Positions 18,172-26,595 of a DNA stretch of 64,000 nt are shown piece after piece. Below the pieces are notes generated by a model. That model did not search any database, was not told where the DNA came from, and worked only from the letters and a program-made list of their open reading frames with translations. Position 1 is the first letter of the stretch, and every line of letters starts with the position of its first letter. The position numbers and the translations under genes were made by a program. Location: the IMG/VR virus record IMGVR_UViG_3300025751_000015, positions 1 through 64,000 of that record. The stretch is one strand, 5' to 3'. This stretch comes from a virus. Its lineage: Duplodnaviria > Caudoviricetes.

Positions 18172-18329
18172 TGAACAAATTAATTGCTATTATTGTTGTT
18201 TTGTTTTGTACAGGATGTTCAACTACTGTTGCAGTATTAGACGTAACAGCATCAACAGCAATTTATGCGGGTAAAACAGTAGTCAATACAATAGATGCTA
18301 TTACACCCGATATAGTTAATAAGGATTAA
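18171..18329 (+). CDS. 52-aa putative lipoprotein; not in the ORF track
   Basis: MNKLIAIIVVLFCTGC|STT...: basic N-terminus, hydrophobic core, lipobox-like TGC; AGGAG RBS; TAATG coupling. Confidence 0.6.
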   Translation: MNKLIAIIVVLFCTGCSTTVAVLDVTASTAIYAGKTVVNTIDAITPDIVNKD

Positions 18330-18331
18330 AG

Positions 18332-18892
18332 ATGATTAATAAAAAGTTTTATAGTTGGCATGATGTGGAAGTAATGTGTACAAACATTGTTACCCAAATG
18401 TACAAGGACAATTGGCGTCCTGATTACATTATAGGTATTACACGTGGAGGTAATGTACCTGCTACTATTATTTCAAACATGACAGGTATTCGTTGTGAAG
18501 CACTCAAGGTTGCTCTACGTGACGGTGAAAGCCATCAAGAAACTAATTGTTGGATGGCCGAAGATGCTTACGGCTACGATGAACACGGTTCATTTGCCCC
18601 AGAGATGGGACAGTTTAAAAATACTCCAATGGGCAAAAACATTCTTATCATAGACGATATTAATGATACTGGCGCAACATTTAATTGGATTAAACAAGAT
18701 TGGCAGAGCAGTTGTTTACCACATAGTCCTGTATGGAATCAAATTTGGGGAGACAATGTACGTTTTGCAGTATTAACAGAAAACCTAAGCAGTGAGTTTG
18801 ACGGTGTGTCATACTCTTGTGACGAAGTAAACAAAGCAGAAGAGGATGTATGGTTAGTATATCCCTGGGAGAATGTAGGACACTATGGCTAA
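18332..18892 (+). CDS. Type I phosphoribosyltransferase (xanthine/guanine PRT-like)
   Basis: PDYIIGITRGG, PRPP loop ILIIDDINDTGAT, and C-terminal WLVYPWE. Confidence 0.88.
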   Translation: MINKKFYSWHDVEVMCTNIVTQMYKDNWRPDYIIGITRGGNVPATIISNMTGIRCEALKVALRDGESHQETNCWMAEDAYGYDEHGSFAPEMGQFKNTPMGKNILIIDDINDTGATFNWIKQDWQSSCLPHSPVWNQIWGDNVRFAVLTENLSSEFDGVSYSCDEVNKAEEDVWLVYPWENVGHYG

Positions 18893-19445
18893 AAAAGCAG
18901 AACAACAACAGCAACCAAATAATATAGACAGCAATGGTGTTTATCTTTTAATGGATCAAATTACCTATGCTAGTTGCAAAGAAGCAATTAAATGGATAAT
19001 GAATCATAATTTAAGTGATAATCCATTACCACAATTAACAATAATAATTAATTCTCCTGGAGGAGATGTTCATGCCGCATTTGCATTAATTGACACAATG
19101 AAAGCAAGTTCGATTCCTATCAAAACTGTAGGATTAGGCTTAATTGCAAGTTGTGGCTTTTTAATTTTTATTGCAGGTAATAAAGGTAAACGCATTCTTA
19201 CACCTAATACAAGTATTCTATCACATCAATATACTTGGGGTAGCAGAGGTAAAGAACATGAGTTATATGCTAGGGTGAAAGAATTTGAACTCAGCACAGA
19301 ACGTATGATTAATCATTATAAAAAATGTTTAGGTATGACAGAAGCAAAAATTAAAGAAATACTTCTTCCGCCGCAGGATGTTTGGTTAAGTGCAGACGAA
19401 GCAAAAAAACTTAAAATTTGTGATAAGATTGAGGAATTGTATTAA
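18885..19445 (+). CDS. clpP: ClpP-like serine protease
   Basis: INSPGG, IASCG (Ser), LSHQ (His) and DVWLSADEA (Asp). Confidence 0.85.
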   Translation: MAKKAEQQQQPNNIDSNGVYLLMDQITYASCKEAIKWIMNHNLSDNPLPQLTIIINSPGGDVHAAFALIDTMKASSIPIKTVGLGLIASCGFLIFIAGNKGKRILTPNTSILSHQYTWGSRGKEHELYARVKEFELSTERMINHYKKCLGMTEAKIKEILLPPQDVWLSADEAKKLKICDKIEELY

Positions 19446-19849
19446 TGCGTGAAGACTTGATGGTACAACAGCAGGTAAAAAATGTATGGCAACACATGGT
19501 TGGTGTCATCTGTTTAAATCAAGTTAATAGACGTCAAACTAAACCATTGCTTACAAAGTTTTTTAAACAATGGCCTACAGCAAATAAACTGTTACGTTCA
19601 GCAACAATTCCTATGTTGGAAGAGTTTCTAGCACCATTGGGTATGCAAAAGGTAAGAGCAAAACGCATTTATAAGATGAGCATACAGTTTGAAAGTTGGG
19701 ACGGAAATGATGCTACACAACTTTATGGCATTGGCAAATATGGTAGTGATAGTTACAGAATCTTTTATAAAAACGAAATACCCAACGATGTCAAGGACAA
19801 AGAACTTAAAAGATACATTACAGAGGAACTAACATATGGCCACGCTTGA
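19445..19849 (+). CDS. HhH-GPD DNA glycosylase, MBD4-like minimal domain
   Basis: WQHMVGVICLNQ, FF..WP, LG....RA and HhH motif LYGIGKYGSDSY.IF. Confidence 0.75.
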   Translation: MREDLMVQQQVKNVWQHMVGVICLNQVNRRQTKPLLTKFFKQWPTANKLLRSATIPMLEEFLAPLGMQKVRAKRIYKMSIQFESWDGNDATQLYGIGKYGSDSYRIFYKNEIPNDVKDKELKRYITEELTYGHA

Positions 19850-20570
19850 GGAAAAACAAGAAACACTGGATAGAATTAAAGGTCCAAGATACTATCATAT
19901 ACAATTATGGGGATATGGTGCAGAACATGCATACGCAAGCATATCAAAAGAAGCATATGATTTTTGGCAACCTATTGTTAAAGAACATGGCGACAGTGAT
20001 CTTGTTAATTATATGCTTAATGCAGAAGAAGGTACATTTAACTTTGAAGATATTGATAGTGTACCGCCTGGAGCAAACTTCTTAAGTGATGATGAAGAAG
20101 GCGTAGGTGCTTGCAGTTCGTGGTACGAAATGCCAAACGAATTTGAGCATATACACGCTATTTCAATTGACAGTGCTAACATTGAGATAAACGAAGTAGA
20201 CGGTTTAGAATACAGCAGTAAGCACATTAATACTATTGTTGAAAACACAGATGTAGGTGAATGGGCAAATGGTATTAGTGAAGAAACTAATTACGAAACA
20301 GAAATACTAGAAAGTGTAGAGGATACATATCCCGAAAAAGGCACACACATTGTACAAATGCTTTCTCTAGAAAAAGGTACATTCTTTGATGGCATAGTAG
20401 AAACTGTGGGAGAGTTTGATCCTAAAAAACTTAAAATTCAATACAGCGAAACTACCAATGGAGAAGACATAGTACGTGGTATTACTTACGACGGTAAAGA
20501 TGTAGATAACAACGGTGGTGATACTAACGGAAAAGGGTTTTCGGCGGATGTATGGACACAGGAGTATTAA
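19836..20570 (+). CDS. Acidic hypothetical protein
   Basis: 244-aa ORF coupled to its neighbours. Confidence 0.7.
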   Translation: MATLEEKQETLDRIKGPRYYHIQLWGYGAEHAYASISKEAYDFWQPIVKEHGDSDLVNYMLNAEEGTFNFEDIDSVPPGANFLSDDEEGVGACSSWYEMPNEFEHIHAISIDSANIEINEVDGLEYSSKHINTIVENTDVGEWANGISEETNYETEILESVEDTYPEKGTHIVQMLSLEKGTFFDGIVETVGEFDPKKLKIQYSETTNGEDIVRGITYDGKDVDNNGGDTNGKGFSADVWTQEY

Positions 20571-20773
20571 TGACTGTTAAAGATAAAATTAATGAACGCA
20601 TGAATAAACTACAGGCATGGATGGAATCAAACTATCATTTAGAACATCCTGAAGAAGTAGAAGAACATATTCAAAGTGTAAGCAAGTTTTGGAGTGCTTT
20701 GTCAGAAGAAGATAGAGATTATATACAAGGTGCTCGTTTTGCTATTGAATCTAAAATGGAATGGAACGTATGA
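20570..20773 (+). CDS. Small hypothetical protein
   Basis: TAATG coupling at 20570; AGGAG upstream. Confidence 0.6.
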   Translation: MTVKDKINERMNKLQAWMESNYHLEHPEEVEEHIQSVSKFWSALSEEDRDYIQGARFAIESKMEWNV

Positions 20774-21192
20774 CCGACACACTAGAAAAAGCACAAGCAG
20801 AAGGTAGAGCACCTTGGACTAATGTTACATTTGATACCAAAGAGTTTGTTGTATACGAAGACATTTATCCTGTAACTCCCGGACATACGTTAGTTGTGCC
20901 AAAAGAGAACACAGTAGAAAATATACAAAAGTGTTTTAAGTTTGCCCAGGAAATGGGTAACATGAACATTGAAGCAGAAACTAATCCAATTACAGGATAC
21001 AACATTGGAATCAATATGGGTGCTAGTGCTGGACAAACAGTTATGTATCCACACGTACATTTGATTTTTAGACGTGACGGTGATATGGAAGATCCCCGAG
21101 GCGGTGTTCGTGGTGTAATTCCAGAAAAACAAAAGTATTCCAAAAAGGACGAATTACAAACGGACTTATTTGAAGATAATGTTGGATGTTAA
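20770..21192 (+). CDS. HIT-family nucleotide hydrolase
   Basis: PGHTLVVPK and GQTVMYPHVHLI (histidine-triad region; first His replaced by Tyr). Confidence 0.85.
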   Translation: MTDTLEKAQAEGRAPWTNVTFDTKEFVVYEDIYPVTPGHTLVVPKENTVENIQKCFKFAQEMGNMNIEAETNPITGYNIGINMGASAGQTVMYPHVHLIFRRDGDMEDPRGGVRGVIPEKQKYSKKDELQTDLFEDNVGC

Positions 21193-21195
21193 TGG

Positions 21196-21224
21196 TTGAC
21201 AAAAACCTAAATAAACACTATAAT
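21196..21224 (+). promoter_or_regulatory. Sigma70 promoter TTGACA-N17-TATAAT with TAAATA (21208-21213) in the spacer
   Basis: Perfect consensus upstream of queE. Confidence 0.8.
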
Positions 21225-21242
21225 ATATAATAGGAGTTGTAA

Positions 21243-22136
21243 ATGAAACTTAGATATAGTGAAGCATTTTATAGTGTACAAGGCGAAGGACGCTTCGTAG
21301 GCGTGCCTAGTGTATTCTTGCGTACATTTGGTTGTAACTTTCGTTGTATGAATTTTGGTTTGGACAAGCATCCAAACAGAGCAGAAAAATTAGAACAAGG
21401 CATCAAGTATAATCCTGAAGTAAAACAATTACTTGATGATGGTATTTTAGACAAGGTAAATAGATTTGAGGACTTGCCTATTGTTCACACAGGCTGTGAT
21501 ACATATGCAAGTATCTATCCAGAATTTAAGAAGTATATGAAAGACCATACAGTTGACGAAGTAGTTGATTATGTATTGAGTCTTACTCCACAACGAAAGT
21601 GGACAATGAATAATGGACAGGATGTTCATTTTATACTCACAGGCGGAGAGCCCTTGCTAGGGTGGCAACGCCTTTACATGGATCTATTTGAACACCCTGG
21701 CATGGGAGACTTAAAAAATGTTACATTTGAAACAAATACAACACAATCTCTTAGAGATGATTTCAGAGAGTGGCTCAACAACGAAAGAGCATTTCATATC
21801 ACTTGGTCGTGCAGTCCGAAACTTTCCGTTAGTGGAGAGCCTTGGGATACTGCTATCAAGCCTGATATTGCTAGGCAGTATTATGATGTACCTAATAGTA
21901 GTATGTATTTCAAATTTGTTGTGGCTACCGAAGATGATGTGGACGAAGTTACAAAAGCAGTTGAACAATACAGAGCAGAAGGAATCGATGTTCCAGTCTA
22001 TGTTATGCCGCTTGGGGGTAGGTCAGAAGAATACAAACTCAACACTAGAGGAGTCGCAACATTGGCAATGGAGCGAGGCTGGAGGTATACACCCAGACTA
22101 CACGTCGACATCTTCGGCAATGCTTGGGGAACTTGA
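21243..22136 (+). CDS. queE: Radical SAM 7-carboxy-7-deazaguanine synthase
   Basis: FYSVQGEG, FLRTFGCNFRC...GCDT, TGGEP, FETN, SPK and R.TPRLH. Confidence 0.88.
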   Translation: MKLRYSEAFYSVQGEGRFVGVPSVFLRTFGCNFRCMNFGLDKHPNRAEKLEQGIKYNPEVKQLLDDGILDKVNRFEDLPIVHTGCDTYASIYPEFKKYMKDHTVDEVVDYVLSLTPQRKWTMNNGQDVHFILTGGEPLLGWQRLYMDLFEHPGMGDLKNVTFETNTTQSLRDDFREWLNNERAFHITWSCSPKLSVSGEPWDTAIKPDIARQYYDVPNSSMYFKFVVATEDDVDEVTKAVEQYRAEGIDVPVYVMPLGGRSEEYKLNTRGVATLAMERGWRYTPRLHVDIFGNAWGT

Positions 22137-22178
22137 TAAAGAACCATTAGATGAAAAAGCAAGAAAGGCAGGACTATA

Positions 22179-22550
22179 ATGATAGATATAATCAAAAAAA
22201 TGTTTAATAAAAACCATGTTCCTGCTACAGTGTCTAAAGAAAAGACAACAGACGCTAAAGCAGAAGCAACAAAAAAGAAAGAACCTTATGTAGCGGTTCT
22301 TAATGTGGAAATGAAAGATAATAATCCACGCAACGGTTTCTTTGAATTAGATTGGAACCAATACTTTATACGTGAGTTAAAACTTAACGGATACCAAGGA
22401 GATAGCGAAGAAGCAATAGTAGATGCTTGGTTTAAAGAATTATGTGGTAATGTTGCAAAAGATCAAGGCGTAGCGACAGCAGAAAATCCTATGGGTGCTG
22501 GCTATGTTAATGTAAAACCTTTAGGAGACAACAAATCGGAGGTTAGTTAA
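22179..22550 (+). CDS. Hypothetical protein
   Basis: 123 aa; GFFELDWN...W motif. Confidence 0.7.
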   Translation: MIDIIKKMFNKNHVPATVSKEKTTDAKAEATKKKEPYVAVLNVEMKDNNPRNGFFELDWNQYFIRELKLNGYQGDSEEAIVDAWFKELCGNVAKDQGVATAENPMGAGYVNVKPLGDNKSEVS

Positions 22551-22723
22551 TGACTCCAGTAACTAAAACAAGAAAAACTGAAAAGTATAAGAAAGAAGAT
22601 TGGCAGGCATTAGCAGACTGTATTAGATCAGATCAATTAAGTGCTAAACAAGTACACGAAACAATGATCTTTAATCCAGAATTTGCTAAATGGTATAGAA
22701 TGAAATATATAGGCAGAAGATAA
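22550..22723 (+). CDS. 57-aa hypothetical protein; not in the ORF track
   Basis: TAATG coupling at both ends and GGAGG RBS; fills the gap exactly. Confidence 0.6.
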   Translation: MTPVTKTRKTEKYKKEDWQALADCIRSDQLSAKQVHETMIFNPEFAKWYRMKYIGRR

Positions 22724-23712
22724 TGACATACATTCTCGTAGACACAGCAAATACATTTTTCCGTGCGAGACACGTTGTACGTGGTGATGCTGATATTAAA
22801 ATCGGCATGGCGCTACATACAACGTTTCAAAGTATTCGCAAGGCTTGGAATGACTTTAATGGCAGTCATGTAGTGTTTTGTCTTGAGGGGCGTAGTTGGC
22901 GCAAGGACTTTTATGCACCGTATAAACGCAATCGTCAAGAAACTCGTGACGCACTTACCCCTTCACAACAGGAAGAAGATAAAATCTTCTGGGAAACATT
23001 TGATGAATTTACTGGATTTCTACGTGAAAAAACAAATTGCAGTGTGTTACAACACCCACAATTAGAAGCAGACGATTTAATTGCAGGCTGGATACAATCA
23101 CATCCTAAAGACAATCATGTTATTATTAGCACCGATGGCGACTTTGCACAGTTAATTGCACCTAATGTAAAACAATACAATGGTGTATCAAAAACAACAA
23201 TAACACACGAAGGATACTTTGATGAAAAAGGTAAACCTGTTATAGATAAAAAAACTAAGGCAGAAAAACCTGCACCTAATCCTGAGTGGTTGCTTTTTGA
23301 AAAGTGTATGCGTGGTGATACAAGCGATAATGTGTTTAGTGCATATCCAGGTGTTCGTGTAAAAGGTACAAAGAACAAGGTGGGATTGCAGGAAGCATTT
23401 GAAGACAGAGAAACAAAAGGTTTTAATTGGAATAACCTTATGTTACAACGTTGGACAGATCATGAAGGTAATGAACATAGAGTATTAGATGACTATTCAA
23501 GAAATGTTACACTTTGTGATTTAACTGCACAACCTGCAGAAATTAAAGAATTAATAGGACAAACTATTGCAGATGGTATTTCTGCAAGTAAAGACATTTC
23601 TCAGGTAGGTGTACGTTTAGTAAAATTTGCAAGCAGTTACGATCTTAATAAGATTACTGAACAAGCAGAAACATATGCTAAACCTTTGAATGCAAGATAC
23701 GGGAGAGTATAA
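22723..23712 (+). CDS. 5'-3' exonuclease / flap endonuclease (T4 RNase H-like)
   Basis: ILVD, YKRNR, LEADD, STDGD and GDTSDN acidic motifs. Confidence 0.9.
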   Translation: MTYILVDTANTFFRARHVVRGDADIKIGMALHTTFQSIRKAWNDFNGSHVVFCLEGRSWRKDFYAPYKRNRQETRDALTPSQQEEDKIFWETFDEFTGFLREKTNCSVLQHPQLEADDLIAGWIQSHPKDNHVIISTDGDFAQLIAPNVKQYNGVSKTTITHEGYFDEKGKPVIDKKTKAEKPAPNPEWLLFEKCMRGDTSDNVFSAYPGVRVKGTKNKVGLQEAFEDRETKGFNWNNLMLQRWTDHEGNEHRVLDDYSRNVTLCDLTAQPAEIKELIGQTIADGISASKDISQVGVRLVKFASSYDLNKITEQAETYAKPLNARYGRV

Positions 23713-24194
23713 TGGAATTTGAATTTAAAGCAAAACAGTTAGTTCCAAATAAATTTTGGATTGTACAAGATCATGGACGCAAGGTAGGAACACTAGCAAA
23801 AGAAAAAGAAGGATTTATTCTTGTTACTCCTAGGGATAAGATTAAATTTGAAAACGTAGAAAAAGTTTACGAAACTTTCGGACAGGATTTCTTCGAACAA
23901 ACAGTAAAGAAAAAAACAAAAGATACAAAAGTTTTAGAAGTTCATGGGTATCCAACAAGTACACCTGCATATAATCCTTTACTAGATGTGCAGAACAATC
24001 TTCCTTTATACAGCAAAAGTAGAAAATCGAAAAGTTTATACTGTGCAGGTTACTACACAATTAGATTTGCTAAAGGTTGGGTAAAAAGTTTTTGTCCTAA
24101 ACTTATTACACTGCAAAGATATGAATACAAAGGTCCTTTTACAACAGAACTAGAAATGCGTCAGGTACTAGCAAATGTCTCGAAATCCAGTTAA
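23712..24194 (+). CDS. Hypothetical protein
   Basis: 160-aa coupled ORF. Confidence 0.7.
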   Translation: MEFEFKAKQLVPNKFWIVQDHGRKVGTLAKEKEGFILVTPRDKIKFENVEKVYETFGQDFFEQTVKKKTKDTKVLEVHGYPTSTPAYNPLLDVQNNLPLYSKSRKSKSLYCAGYYTIRFAKGWVKSFCPKLITLQRYEYKGPFTTELEMRQVLANVSKSS

Positions 24195-24402
24195 TACACT
24201 TCCAATAGAAAACTTTTTACAGGCCGCAAAAGTTGCAGGTAAAACACAACAACGTGAACTTAAACTAGATGCTAAACAGTATAAAGACCTAGCAGATAGT
24301 TTAAGTATGGTGCTTGCAAGACTTGTAGAACTGCAAGATACACGCCTACAACAACCACAAGAGGTTAGTGTAGATGTTAAAATGGACGGCGGAAACTTCT
24401 AA
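24175..24402 (+). CDS. Small hypothetical protein
   Basis: 75-aa overlapping ORF. Confidence 0.6.
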   Translation: MSRNPVNTLPIENFLQAAKVAGKTQQRELKLDAKQYKDLADSLSMVLARLVELQDTRLQQPQEVSVDVKMDGGNF

Positions 24403-24408
24403 ATTTTC

Positions 24409-24416
24409 GATAAATA
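24409..24416 (+). promoter_or_regulatory. Candidate T4-late-type promoter (GATAAATA)
   Basis: Intergenic, upstream of the AAGGA RBS and ATG 24449. Confidence 0.4.
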
Positions 24417-24448
24417 AGTACGTAGTTAACTTAAAGGAATTACGTACA

Positions 24449-24730
24449 ATGAGTAGACCAAAACCAACTATCTTGTTGGAATATACCGACAAGAACACAT
24501 ATAGAAAAGAAGAAGTACTAGATGCTGAAGCAATCTGGGCGGTCTTTTATCAGGGTAAACCTTTCAACCTAAAAAGTTCAAATTCTATTTCGCCAACACC
24601 CGGTCCTAAATACAAGAAAACAAGTTTTAGCAATCCAGGCCACGCTTTGAACCTTGCTAAAAAATTAAATTTAACCTTTAAGACTGAAGGTTTTGAAGTT
24701 TATAAGTTAACAAAGGGCGATAAAATTTAA
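24449..24730 (+). CDS. Hypothetical protein (MSRPKPTILL...), start revised from 24374
   Basis: In-frame ATG with RBS. Confidence 0.65.
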   Translation: MSRPKPTILLEYTDKNTYRKEEVLDAEAIWAVFYQGKPFNLKSSNSISPTPGPKYKKTSFSNPGHALNLAKKLNLTFKTEGFEVYKLTKGDKI

Positions 24731-24732
24731 TA

Positions 24733-25122
24733 ATGGATATTAAAGAAGCATACACCAAAACCTTCATGGTAGGTGCTGGTGAACAAGATACATCAGATCA
24801 AGAGATTAAGAAAAATTATATGCTTTGGTGGCAAAACACAAGAGCAAAAGGCGATGCAGGTTTGCGTTTAACCAAAGATGGATTCGAATATGCTGTTGAA
24901 CGTGCAGATCTACAAACCTACGAAATTAAATTTCCCAATGAAATTAAGTTTACTCCTCAGGTATTCCTTTATCTAGACAACTTTATTGATTGTCCGTATT
25001 ACGTTACAAAGAAAAGAATCTATGTTTTCAGCGAAAAAATGGGTCTACAACTAATGATGTTCGCTGGAGATATCAAACAATACGGTCTTGCTCGTGCTAT
25101 GGCACAAGAACTAGAAGACTAA
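24733..25122 (+). CDS. Hypothetical protein
   Basis: 129-aa ORF. Confidence 0.7.
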   Translation: MDIKEAYTKTFMVGAGEQDTSDQEIKKNYMLWWQNTRAKGDAGLRLTKDGFEYAVERADLQTYEIKFPNEIKFTPQVFLYLDNFIDCPYYVTKKRIYVFSEKMGLQLMMFAGDIKQYGLARAMAQELED

Positions 25123-25128
25123 TCAGTC

Positions 25129-25154
25129 ATTTTGGATAGAATTTTATCCAAAAT
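25129..25154. repeat. Perfect 10-bp inverted repeat ATTTTGGATA-N6-TATCCAAAAT
   Basis: Read directly; lies between a stop codon and the -35 of the MoxR promoter. Confidence 0.8.
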
Positions 25155-25168
25155 ATAGGAAAAACCGC

Positions 25169-25196
25169 TTGACATTTTGCTTTGCGATGCTATACT
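25169..25196 (+). promoter_or_regulatory. Sigma70 promoter TTGACA-N16-TATACT with extended -10 TG
   Basis: Direct match upstream of the AAA ATPase. Confidence 0.7.
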
Positions 25197-25229
25197 ATAG
25201 ATATAGTTAGAAACAAAGGAGCATAGCAA

Positions 25230-26321
25230 ATGGCACAAACAACTGAAGCACGTACAGTTACACCAAACGAAGCAAAGGCGGCTGTACAACACGCAATGAA
25301 ACTGAAGCGACCTATCTTTATGTGGGGTCCTCCAGGTATTGGTAAGTCTGACATTATGAGTCAGATTACAAAATCACTTAAAAACGCACATCTTATTGAC
25401 GTTCGTTTGTCACTGTGGGAACCTACAGACATTAAAGGTATTCCTTATTATGCGGCAAATGATAACGTAATGGCTTGGGCACCTCCAAGCGAACTTCCTG
25501 ATGAGGAAATTTCTAAGAAATACGAAACTATTGTATTGTTCTTAGACGAAATGAATTCGGCGGCGCCAGCAGTACAAGCGGCGGCCTATCAACTTATTCT
25601 AAATCGTAAGGTTGGTACATACAAACTACCAGACAATGTTGTAATTGTCGCGGCAGGTAACCGTGAAACTGATAAGGGTGTAACTTATCGTATGCCGGCA
25701 CCACTTGCCAATCGTTTTGTACACCTTGAACTCCGTGTTGACTTTGAAGATTGGTTGACATGGGCGACAGAAAACAAAATCCACGCAGACGTTGTGGGTT
25801 ACTTGACTTTCGCTAAACAAGATCTATATGATTTTGATCCAAAGTCAAGTTCACGAGCATTCGCAACTCCACGTTCTTGGAGTTTCGTAAGCGAACTTCT
25901 CGACGATGAACTGCCTGAGTCTACACTTACAGACTTAGTTGCAGGTAGCGTCGGCGAAGGTTTGGCAGTTAAATTTGCGGCACACCGTAAGGTTGCGGCT
26001 AAACTGCCAAATCCAACAGACATACTTAAAGGCAAGGTTAAGAGTATGGAGACGAAAGAAATTTCGGCAATGTATTCACTAACTGTAAGTATGTGCTATG
26101 AACTTCAAGAGGCATTTAAACGCAAGGAGAAGGGTTGGAACACAATGGCAGACAATTTCTTTGGTTTTATGATGGATAATTTTGAAACCGAACTAGTTGT
26201 TATGGGTACGCGAGTTGCTATCGCTACTTACAAACTGCCATTTTCGCCAAAGGACCTGAAAAACTTCGATCGTTTCCACGATAAGTATGGCAAGTATGTT
26301 CAGGCCGCTATGGCATCCTAA
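25230..26321 (+). CDS. MoxR-like AAA+ ATPase
   Basis: Walker A GPPGIGKS, Walker B LFLDE, sensor AAGNR, LANRF and TPRSW. Confidence 0.9.
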   Translation: MAQTTEARTVTPNEAKAAVQHAMKLKRPIFMWGPPGIGKSDIMSQITKSLKNAHLIDVRLSLWEPTDIKGIPYYAANDNVMAWAPPSELPDEEISKKYETIVLFLDEMNSAAPAVQAAAYQLILNRKVGTYKLPDNVVIVAAGNRETDKGVTYRMPAPLANRFVHLELRVDFEDWLTWATENKIHADVVGYLTFAKQDLYDFDPKSSSRAFATPRSWSFVSELLDDELPESTLTDLVAGSVGEGLAVKFAAHRKVAAKLPNPTDILKGKVKSMETKEISAMYSLTVSMCYELQEAFKRKEKGWNTMADNFFGFMMDNFETELVVMGTRVAIATYKLPFSPKDLKNFDRFHDKYGKYVQAAMAS

Positions 26322-26330
26322 CTAACTATA

Positions 26331-26352
26331 GAGGGGGTCTTCGGATCCCCTC
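26331..26352 (+). terminator. GC-rich hairpin with UUCG tetraloop after the ATPase gene
   Basis: GAGGGGGTC-TTCG-GATCCCCTC; weak U-tract, so a terminator or an RNA-stabilising hairpin. Confidence 0.6.
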
Positions 26353-26370
26353 GCTCTATTAGAGGTTGCT

Positions 26371-26595
26371 ATGAACAAAAAATTTAAAACACATTATCTT
26401 AAGCCTACATTTTTTGAACCCAAAGACCATTGGCTGGTTGGAATTGAATGGCCTGTAAAAGGTTCTAAAGGAAATGAGTACAATGTTTTACTCACTGATA
26501 AAGGTTTTCAATGTGAATGTGTAGGATTTTCTTACTATGGTAAATGTAAACATTCAAAAGCAGTATTAGATAAAGTACAACGAGCAATGGCATGA
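26371..26595 (+). CDS. SWIM zinc-finger protein
   Basis: FQCEC.GF..YGKCKH (CxC...CxH). Confidence 0.75.
   Translation: MNKKFKTHYLKPTFFEPKDHWLVGIEWPVKGSKGNEYNVLLTDKGFQCECVGFSYYGKCKHSKAVLDKVQRAMA

Noticed and set aside
21718-22119. 153-aa alternative-frame ORF inside queE
   Set aside because: Lies within a well-supported gene and has no motif or RBS; only its last 19 codons were kept as a weak lead.
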